Assembly: GCF_000196355.1 (NCBI RefSeq)
Contig: NC_007614.1
Coordinates: forward strand, 30,001 to 62,000
Source of the DNA: Nitrosospira multiformis ATCC 25196
GTDB lineage: Bacteria; Pseudomonadota; Gammaproteobacteria; Burkholderiales; Nitrosomonadaceae
DNA: 32,000 bases
Direction of reading: 5' to 3'
The position numbers and the translations under genes are program-made. Below the pieces are notes generated by a model that saw only the letters and a list, made by a program, of their open reading frames with translations, made no database searches and was not told where the DNA came from. Below are positions 1-6,420 of this stretch, in pieces (position 1 is the first letter of the stretch; each line of letters starts with the position of its first letter).

Positions 1-336
1 GCTGTCGGGATTGGTGAAAGTCTGGGTCTGATTGGTTTCATACGCCCGCTGGGAAGTCTGAGCCATGCGGCGCTGATCTTCCTGGCCGAGACGTCCTCCG
101 ATTTCCGCACCCAGATAATATCCGCCCACACCGCCAGCCACAGCACCCAATATACGGCCCGCGGTTCCCCCACCCAGGTAGCTGCCAAGATAGCCGCCAC
201 CAATGGAACCGGCAACGCTGCCGATCAAGCCGCCGGCACGCCTCGTTTCGGTGGACTGGCATGCTGACAGGAGCGCAACCAGGGCCAGGAGCAGCAAGCG
301 CTTTGCCCATGCAGCTGAAATCGACGTTTGATTCAT
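1..336 (-). CDS. glycine-zipper lipoprotein (17-kDa surface-antigen-like); C-terminal part runs off the left window edge
   Basis: Absent from the ORF track because it stays open to position 1. My translation from ATG 336..334: MNQTSISAAWAKRLLLLALVALLSAC/QSTETRRAGGLIGSVAGSIGGGYLGSYLGGGTAGRILGAVAGGVGGYYLGAEIGGRLGQEDQRRMAQTSQRAYETNQTQTFTNPDS. Lipobox LLSAC, then a long GxxxG glycine zipper. GGAGG SD (complement of 344..348) with a 7-nt spacer. Confidence 0.65.
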   Translation of the reverse strand, partial: MNQTSISAAWAKRLLLLALVALLSACQSTETRRAGGLIGSVAGSIGGGYLGSYLGGGTAGRILGAVAGGVGGYYLGAEIGGRLGQEDQRRMAQTSQRAYETNQTQTFTNPDS

Positions 337-541
337 GACCTTACCTCCAAATTTTGCTTCAGGCTGGATTCGACATTGTACAAGTAACATGGGGCCGCAA
401 TGCAGTTATACTTGCCGGGATCCTTTTGCATCTCATTGTGTTATTAACGAAAAAGAAGACGCGAGGATGGCGCGCCTGTTCTGTTTTCTGTGGGGCGACT
501 TTCTGCGACAATTATTATTTTCCTCTTATTCCCAGACTGCA

Positions 542-721
542 ATGAAATTCAGGAAAATAATAAACCTCGTTACTCTGCTGGCCATTCTTCCCGCACTCTC
601 GGGTTGCTGGTATCTCTTGGCGGGAGGTGCCGGTGCTTACGGCGGCTACAAGATGAAAGAGAAGGGTTATACGCTGCAGAATCCCATCACAAAAGAGAAA
701 AGCAGTCAGACATCGAAATAA
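542..721 (+). CDS. small lipoprotein with glycine-zipper segment (59 aa)
   Basis: Internal ATG of track ORF 335..721: MKFRKIINLVTLLAILPALSGC/WYLLAGGAGAYGGYKMKEKG... Classic signal peptide plus lipobox LSGC. The upstream 69 codons of the ORF look non-coding (Cys/Trp-rich, no features). The SD is weak. Confidence 0.5.
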   Translation: MKFRKIINLVTLLAILPALSGCWYLLAGGAGAYGGYKMKEKGYTLQNPITKEKSSQTSK

Positions 722-846
722 GAGTGTAGAAATATTGCGCCCGTATTGCTTACGCTCGCGCACCTTTGAAGATCTCCATATTCTCCCGTGAGGTCATCTC
801 TCTCACGGGAATGAGCCGGAGGAAGGATGTTTGTAGCGGCTGGAGA

Positions 847-2124
847 TCAAGCGAACAGGTGGGCGATGGTGTAGATCGCCAGGCCTGCCAGTCCGCCTAT
901 CAGCGTGCCATTGATGCGGATGTACTGCAGGTCCTCGCCCACCTGCCGCTCGATGCGGTGCGTCACTGTCTGCGTGTCCCACTCCCGCACGGTGTCGGCA
1001 ATCAGCCTGCCCACATCGCGCTGGTGAGACTGCACCGCTTCCACCAGCACCTCCCGCATCCAGTTATTGAGCCGCTCCCGCAAACCACGGTCCTCAAGTA
1101 CAGTATCGGTGCCCGACTGTATGAGGCCCCGCATCCACCCCCTGATTGCCGAGTCCTCGCTGTCGATGTCCTCGCGCATCCCGTTGCGGAGGTCGCGCCA
1201 GACTCCGTCCGCGTAGTCCCGCAAGGCCGGATGCTCCAGCAGCTTGCGGGTGTGGGCGGCAACCTGCTCGCGATACTCGGGTGAAGTAGCCAGGTCGGAG
1301 GCAAGCTTGCCGATGGCAGCATCCAGTCGCAAGCGCAGGGGGTGGGCAGGGTCGCGCGCGATCTCCGCCACCACCTCGCGCAGGGCTGCCACCACGCTTT
1401 CCCCCACCTTCTCATCCATCGAAAGCCGCTGCCAGAACCAGGCTGTGTTTTCGCGCACCCGCTGACGGATACGGGATTCGTTCGCGGTCACATATTCATC
1501 AGCCTCGCGCAACAGCTTGTCCAGCAGCCGCTGGTGCCGCTTTTCCGCAGTGAGCATCCTCACCGCCTCCCCGAGCAAAGGGCCAAGATCGATGCGCCCC
1601 GCTTTTTCCAGCACCCCGGCCGAAACGAAATGCTGCACATGGCGCTCGTCCACCGAATCCAGCAATTCCGGAATCAGGTGCGTCACATAATCCGCCAGCA
1701 GGTCGGTACGCGCCTCCCCGCACAGCCACGTTGCCAGTTTCCCGGACAAATCCACAGGCGCAAGCTTGGCGGCAACCACTTCGGGAGAAGCAAAGTTGCT
1801 CTCCACGAAGCGTCCCAGCGATTCCCCGATGCGATCCTTGTTACGCGGAATGATTGCAGTGTGGGGAATGGGCAGGCCGAGGGGCTGGCGGAATAACGCC
1901 GTTATGGCAAACCAGTCCGCCAGCGCGCCCACTACCGCAGCTTCGGCAAAAGCGCGAACGTAGCCCATCGCGGGATGAACCGGAAGAAATATGTTGGTCA
2001 GAACGAGAACCGCAAGCATCACCATCAGCAGCGCCGTCGCCAGACGCCCCATCCGGTTATCGGCAAGTGATCGCTTCAGAGAGCTCGTGTGGCGACTCGA
2101 GGCTGACGATTCGATAGGCTGCAT
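847..2124 (-). CDS. DUF445 family membrane protein (YjiN-like)
   Basis: 425-aa ORF. N-terminal TM, then AVVGALADWFAITALFRQPLGLPIPHTAIIPRNKDRIGESLGRFVESNF, which matches the DUF445 signature as I recall it. C-terminal TM GTLIGGLAGLAIYTIAHLF. Confidence 0.8.
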   Translation of the reverse strand: MQPIESSASSRHTSSLKRSLADNRMGRLATALLMVMLAVLVLTNIFLPVHPAMGYVRAFAEAAVVGALADWFAITALFRQPLGLPIPHTAIIPRNKDRIGESLGRFVESNFASPEVVAAKLAPVDLSGKLATWLCGEARTDLLADYVTHLIPELLDSVDERHVQHFVSAGVLEKAGRIDLGPLLGEAVRMLTAEKRHQRLLDKLLREADEYVTANESRIRQRVRENTAWFWQRLSMDEKVGESVVAALREVVAEIARDPAHPLRLRLDAAIGKLASDLATSPEYREQVAAHTRKLLEHPALRDYADGVWRDLRNGMREDIDSEDSAIRGWMRGLIQSGTDTVLEDRGLRERLNNWMREVLVEAVQSHQRDVGRLIADTVREWDTQTVTHRIERQVGEDLQYIRINGTLIGGLAGLAIYTIAHLFA

Positions 2125-2464
2125 TCGTTGAAACTGAATGTTCAGGAATAAAAGCTACTCATTTCTCAAGGCTTTTTTGAGCGAGGTGAATTGAAAGTAC
2201 ATGCTGCAAAACCGTGTAGTCAAGATATTTTTTCGTTTTCCGGATTTCCTGATCGACGTGCCTACCCGAAAGCCATACCCGGAAATGCCGCTTGAAGAAA
2301 GAAAAGGAAGGGCAGCCGTACGAAATTTCCCCCGATTGGAGGATTGTGCCCCGTTTGTATCCCCGTAAGTCCCATGCTATTTCAGCGCTGGAATGCACGC
2401 TTCTCTAATAGTTCTCATCCGGGAATGGAATGGCTTCAAGAATATTAAATTTTTGTGGCAGCGC

Positions 2465-2492
2465 TTGAAAAAAAACAAAAATTATCTATAAA
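2465..2492 (+). promoter_or_regulatory. candidate sigma70 promoter for the 2528.. operon
   Basis: TTGAAA (2465..2470), 16-nt spacer, TATAAA (2487..2492) in an AT-rich tract about 35 nt upstream of ATG 2528. Consensus match only, no experimental support. Confidence 0.35.
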
Positions 2493-2527
2493 TTTATTTT
2501 GGCCTCCCGGAAGCAAGGTGAAAAATC

Positions 2528-3013
2528 ATGGCATCCGAAAACTTCAAGAGCAACCTGATCACGGGCTTGGCGGCAGGCGTAGGGGCGACACTGCTCGCGC
2601 CAGTGCTGCTTCCATTTCTTGCCCGCCTCGTCAGGCCCGCTACCAAGGCTGCTATCAAGGGTAGCGTCCTTCTGTATGAGAAAGGACGTGAATCATTTGC
2701 CGAATTGAGCGAAACGGTGGATGACCTCATGGCAGAGGTCAAGTCGGAGATGGAAGCGGGTGCGGTGGAAGATGTGGCGGCGGGTGCCTCGGCAGTTCAG
2801 GCCGGTAGTGCGCAAGGGAGGACTGCCTCACCACCCCCCCAGCCCAGACCGGACTCTGTCGCCGGCCAAAGTTCGGCCACCCCGGCCGCAAGTCCGCCAG
2901 GCGAAGCCGATAAGGCACCGGAAAGTCTCCTCACGCAACCCGCTATGCAGGCGAATCGGGGTAGTCAGCGCCATGAAGAAGCGCAGGATCGACCGCCAAC
3001 CAAGGGGGAATGA
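2528..3013 (+). CDS. small membrane protein: N-terminal TM/amphipathic region (possibly DUF5132-like) plus Pro/Ala/Ser-rich tail
   Basis: 161-aa ORF. SD AAGGTG 7 nt before the ATG. N-terminus NLITGLAAGVGATLLAPVLLPFLARLV is hydrophobic, followed by an acidic helix and a low-complexity tail (ASPPPQPRPDSVAGQSSATPAASPPGEADKAPE). The stop TGA overlaps the next gene's ATG (ATGA, 3010..3013). The DUF5132 assignment is from memory and unverified. Confidence 0.7.
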   Translation: MASENFKSNLITGLAAGVGATLLAPVLLPFLARLVRPATKAAIKGSVLLYEKGRESFAELSETVDDLMAEVKSEMEAGAVEDVAAGASAVQAGSAQGRTASPPPQPRPDSVAGQSSATPAASPPGEADKAPESLLTQPAMQANRGSQRHEEAQDRPPTKGE

Positions 3014-3522
3014 TGGCGCCACTTGCGCGGGTGGTCCACTCTCTGCCGGGCAGGAAGCGGATAAAGATCGACGAAAGGCGCGGCGATACTGCGTACTTTG
3101 AGACGCTGCAAAAAGAACTGGCGGAGTGCCCAGGGGTTGGAGCGGTAGTGACGAATTCGCGGACGGGCACAGCGCTCGTCATCCATAAGGTGGAGGATCC
3201 GGTTCTGTGGCGCTATATCGCGGAACATGGGTTACTTCAGCTCGGAAAGAATGAAACCTCAGCCCCTGCAGTTGGTCCTTCAATCGTCGATGACATCAGG
3301 AACGTCGAACGTAAACCATATCCAAAATCTGGAAAGAAACCAGATATCCGGCGATTGATATTCCTGGGAATGATGGGTATGGGCATCGTGCAGGTAATCA
3401 GGGGCAATATAGCGATCCCGGCGATAGCGGCATTCTGGTACGCGTACTTCATTCTTCCTGCGACGAACGACGATAACCAAGAACATTCCTTCCTTGAAAC
3501 CAAGTTGTCCGAAGAATCCTAG
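3010..3522 (+). CDS. HMA-like (HMA_2-type, CxxC-less) domain protein with C-terminal two-helix membrane anchor
   Basis: 170 aa. N-terminal RVVHSLPGRKRIKIDERRGDTAYFETLQKELAECPGVGAVVTNSRTGTALVIH aligns with 4825..5184 and with the N-terminus of the ATPase. The C-terminus is hydrophobic: RRLIFLGMMGMGIVQVIRGNIAIPAIAAFWYAYFILPA. ATGA overlap with the upstream gene. Confidence 0.75.
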   Translation: MMAPLARVVHSLPGRKRIKIDERRGDTAYFETLQKELAECPGVGAVVTNSRTGTALVIHKVEDPVLWRYIAEHGLLQLGKNETSAPAVGPSIVDDIRNVERKPYPKSGKKPDIRRLIFLGMMGMGIVQVIRGNIAIPAIAAFWYAYFILPATNDDNQEHSFLETKLSEES

Positions 3523-3714
3523 ATTTTGGAAATGATTGAATGATGATTTCCGAAAATCTCGCAAGACTAAAAATCTGTTGCAAAAATTCTGAGCGAGCCA
3601 AGGGGTTGCAAGAGTCCACCACGGGATTCTGTGTCGAAGCGGTAATAAACGGCAGAAGTGAAAGCATTTATATCGCATGGCAAGGAAATCGTAACTATAC
3701 GAGGAGGAATCGAA

Positions 3715-4551
3715 ATGAAGACCCCTAGATCAGGCAGGCACGGAGGGGGAAAGCCGCACCCCGAGGAAAAAAAGTGGACCGATAATAATATAGAGACTCC
3801 CGAGGAAGCAAGGTATGCCCGTGGTGAAACACCCCCGGGAGATGAGGGATATGTGGGAACGACACATCCCTATCGCTCGGATGCTGAGCGCGCGATGGGA
3901 GAGGCTGGCCGCACCGTAAAAACAGGCATTGCCAGCAGCTTGAGAGGCATCGATGAAATTGAATCTGATATCGTAAGCCTGGTGCGCAATACCGTATCCA
4001 ATACGTTGAGAGCAACAGGGGCAGTCGGTGCGGAAGCAGTCGATATAACAAGGGATGTCGTCAAGGGTGCTCTTGCCGCCACCGAAGACGTAGGGACCGG
4101 CCTGGCGCTTTCCACAAAAAGCGTTGCCAAGGGGGTGGTAATGGGCGTGTCCGATGTGGGGGGCGACGTTATCACGGCCGCAACAGAAACCGTAAAGGCC
4201 GCAGTCCGCGGTGCTGCTGACGCGGGGGGTGACACGTTGCTGGTTGCCAAGCGAACGGTGGACGGCGTGGCAGAGGGAACGAGGGAGACGGGAGGCAATG
4301 TCGTAGAGATGGTCAGGGCGACCGTAAACGCGGCAGCTGGAGGGATAGGCGATATTGGCACCACCGCTGTCGCGAGCGTGCGCGACATTCTCATGAGTGT
4401 TGTGGAGGGTGTAAAGGACGTGGCAGGCGCCGCAATGCTAAAGTCATATCACCCGGAGGACCGCGTTTCTCCTGGAGAATATACTGCTCCCACGGAGCGT
4501 ACCAATCCGCCAGAATATGTCTCTCCTCCGGAGAGCAAAAAGCCCACGTAA
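3715..4551 (+). CDS. tandem 22-residue-repeat protein (7 repeats), unknown function
   Basis: I chose the internal ATG 3715 of track ORF 3658..4551 because GAGGAGG (3701..3707) lies 7 nt upstream. 278 aa: a charged, probably disordered N-terminus, seven 22-aa repeats (nt 3973..4434), and a C-terminal tail with PGEYTAP/PPEYVSP. No signal peptide or TM seen. Confidence 0.75.
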   Translation: MKTPRSGRHGGGKPHPEEKKWTDNNIETPEEARYARGETPPGDEGYVGTTHPYRSDAERAMGEAGRTVKTGIASSLRGIDEIESDIVSLVRNTVSNTLRATGAVGAEAVDITRDVVKGALAATEDVGTGLALSTKSVAKGVVMGVSDVGGDVITAATETVKAAVRGAADAGGDTLLVAKRTVDGVAEGTRETGGNVVEMVRATVNAAAGGIGDIGTTAVASVRDILMSVVEGVKDVAGAAMLKSYHPEDRVSPGEYTAPTERTNPPEYVSPPESKKPT

Positions 4552-4787
4552 TCGTTATCAGGGCAATACCACTCGGGCGCCTCAGCCCTGTTCTATTCCA
4601 TCATCCTGCAGGCTCAACTCTTGCACAATCCTTCCGCTACATCCGACACCTCGACACCGCAACATTCCGTGTAAACAAGTGCACCGTGGCTTCGGCAACC
4701 AGTTCATTCAATCGGTGGTCGTGAATTTCCATTTCATGACTCAGTACTCGCTCCGTTTCATCACCTTGTAACAAAGTCCCGCTTAAA

Positions 4788-4820
4788 TACCTCCATGAGA
4801 AAGATACCTTAATGGAGGTA
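4788..4820 (+). promoter_or_regulatory. hairpin sequestering the Shine-Dalgarno of the 4825 gene
   Basis: Perfect 9-bp inverted repeat TACCTCCAT (4788..4796) / ATGGAGGTA (4812..4820) with a 15-nt loop. The 3' arm contains the GGAGG SD 4 nt before ATG 4825. Confidence 0.4.
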
Positions 4821-4824
4821 AATC

Positions 4825-5184
4825 ATGGCTCACTATATCCACCATGTCCCGGGCAGATTGCGTGTCAATACGCCGCTCCTCAAAAAAAACGAGCCCGGTG
4901 CCCGGCAGTTGAAATCGTACTTGGAAGGGGTAAATGGTATTCTTCAGATTGAAGCCAGCATTGTCACAGGCAGTGTCGTGATCAGGTATGACAAATGTCT
5001 CGTAAGCTCCACGTCGATTTTAAATTCCCTGCAGGACCTCGGATATATCCAGCATATCGGCACTCTATCCGAATCCGCGAACGGAACTCGGGGAACGCCG
5101 AAGGTCGTGGATATTTTCGTGCAGAAACTCGTGGAAACTGCATTGGAACGGTCGGCTGTGGCTCTGGTCGCAGCACTGATCTGA
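4825..5184 (+). CDS. small stand-alone HMA-like (HMA_2-type, CxxC-less) domain protein
   Basis: 119 aa. MAHYIHHVPGRLRVNTPLLKKNEPGARQLKSYLEGVNGILQIEASIVTGSVVIRYD... has the same HxxPGRxR ... TG..(V/L)I pattern as 3010..3522 and the ATPase N-terminus. GGAGG SD. No CxxC. Confidence 0.75.
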   Translation: MAHYIHHVPGRLRVNTPLLKKNEPGARQLKSYLEGVNGILQIEASIVTGSVVIRYDKCLVSSTSILNSLQDLGYIQHIGTLSESANGTRGTPKVVDIFVQKLVETALERSAVALVAALI

Positions 5185-5229
5185 GCTGGGCATATCGCTC
5201 GAGATGCGTTGACCCACCCAATATCCAGC

Positions 5230-6420
5230 CTAGCGCAGCAATGCAGCCTTGTCCGTGTTCTCCCACGGCAATCCGATATCCATCCGTCCCACCTGCCCGT
5301 AAACCGCAAGCTTGCGGTAAAACAAACCGCGAAATAGTTGAGGCTGATAGCGCAAATTAAAGGCGCGGATGATCCCGGCAGGGCGGAAATCAAACTGGTC
5401 GAGAATACGCGCCGTTATTTCGGTATCAGGAACGCTCCCTGTACCAAAAGTATCCGCCTGCACGCTTACCGGCCTCGATATTCCTATCGAATACGCCAGA
5501 TGTACCTCGCATGCCTGGGCGAGGCCGGCGGCGACTACATTCTTGGCCGCGTAGCGCGCTGCATACGCTCCCACGCGATCGATACGAGAAGGGTCCTTGC
5601 CGGAAAGCGCGGATTCCGAATGCCGGGAATATTCACCGTATGTATCCACTGCGTTCTTGCGGCCAGTCAAGCCGGAATGTAGCGACGGTCCTCCGTCGGC
5701 GACCAGCCCTTCCGGATTGATGAAAATATGGGTGCGGGAGTCGGGCCGCAGCGTCTCCGTTGCGAAAACCGGCTCAATCACATGCGCGTTGAGATCATCG
5801 CGCAGCGGTGCGAGGCCGCGCATGGCGGTCTTCTGCTGAGCGGCAATGATGGTGATGGAATGAATGCGATACGGTCTGCCTTCGCGATATTCCACCCCTA
5901 CCTGCGTTTTTCCATCGGGCGCAAGATAGGGGATCTGCTTCTGAAAACGTGCGGCCGTAAGCCGACGCGCCAGTTTATGCGAAAGCGAGATGGGCAGCGG
6001 CATAAAGGCCGAGCTCTGATTACAGGCAAAGCCGAATACATTGGCCTGGTTCTTGGCAGTAACGGATTCCAGCTCTTCCTCATTCATTTCCCTCTCATCT
6101 ATGAACGGATAAGACGGTGCCGGCAGTTCGCTCAGGCTCGTCATGATCGTGCAATCTCTTGCATTGAAATCCGCTTGCTCGTAGCCAAGCTGGTGTATAA
6201 CCCGGCGCGCAACCTCGGGGATGTCGACAGAAGCCGACGAAGCGAAGCGGGCTGCGATAAAAAGTATTCCCGTGGATACTGCGCACTCCGCTATCACCTT
6301 CGAAAAGGGGTCTTGCTGCAGAAAGCGGTCGACCAACGCATCGCTCACTTGATCGCAAAGCTTATCCGGATGCCCTTCGGTTACAGATTCGGAGGTGAAC
6401 ATGAAATTCTGTTTCATCAT
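5230..6420 (-). CDS. divergent S-adenosylmethionine synthetase (MAT/MetK)-fold protein, probably not the housekeeping enzyme
   Basis: 396 aa. MAT hallmarks are present: TSESVTEGHPDKLCDQVSDA, APDGKTQV, GLTGRKNAVDTYG, SGKDPSRIDRVGAYAARYAAKNVVAAGLA, PWENTDKAALL. Several catalytic motifs are substituted (see findings). Its ATG overlaps the ATPase stop (ATGA, 6417..6420), and an AGGAG SD lies inside the ATPase 3' end. Confidence 0.85.
   Translation of the reverse strand: MMKQNFMFTSESVTEGHPDKLCDQVSDALVDRFLQQDPFSKVIAECAVSTGILFIAARFASSASVDIPEVARRVIHQLGYEQADFNARDCTIMTSLSELPAPSYPFIDEREMNEEELESVTAKNQANVFGFACNQSSAFMPLPISLSHKLARRLTAARFQKQIPYLAPDGKTQVGVEYREGRPYRIHSITIIAAQQKTAMRGLAPLRDDLNAHVIEPVFATETLRPDSRTHIFINPEGLVADGGPSLHSGLTGRKNAVDTYGEYSRHSESALSGKDPSRIDRVGAYAARYAAKNVVAAGLAQACEVHLAYSIGISRPVSVQADTFGTGSVPDTEITARILDQFDFRPAGIIRAFNLRYQPQLFRGLFYRKLAVYGQVGRMDIGLPWENTDKAALLR

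Noticed and set aside
38-310. Track ORF 38..310 (-), 90 aa
   Set aside because: It is the wrong frame of the same strand. It is Cys/Trp/Arg-rich nonsense, whereas the frame starting at ATG 336 gives a textbook lipoprotein signal plus glycine zipper.
335-541. Long N-terminal extension of the 335..721 ORF (and ORFs 354..545, 490..729)
   Set aside because: The extension has no protein-like features. The lipoprotein signal peptide begins at Met70 (nt 542), so I called only 542..721.
2159-2398. 79-aa GTG-start ORF (-) in the AT-rich gap between the DUF445 gene and the 2528 operon
   Set aside because: It has a weak or absent SD, a GTG start, no recognisable motif, and lies in AT-rich intergenic-looking DNA. 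There is not enough support to call a gene, though it may be a remnant.
2500-2515. Sigma54-like TGGC-N9-GCA (TGGCCTCCCGGAAGCA)
   Set aside because: GG and GC have the correct spacing, but the flanking consensus is poor. It lies only ~12 nt before ATG 2528 and overlaps the SD, which leaves no room for a leader.
4517-4771. 84-aa ORF (+) and small Cys-containing ORFs (-) in the 273-nt gap between the repeat-protein gene and the 4825 gene
   Set aside because: The composition is not protein-like (Pro/Arg/Ser/Cys-rich), it overlaps the end of the upstream gene out of frame, and it has no SD. I treated it as untranslated leader.
5230-6420. Assigning the symbol metK
   Set aside because: Several catalytic-motif substitutions and the coupling to a transporter make housekeeping function doubtful. 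I left the symbol blank.
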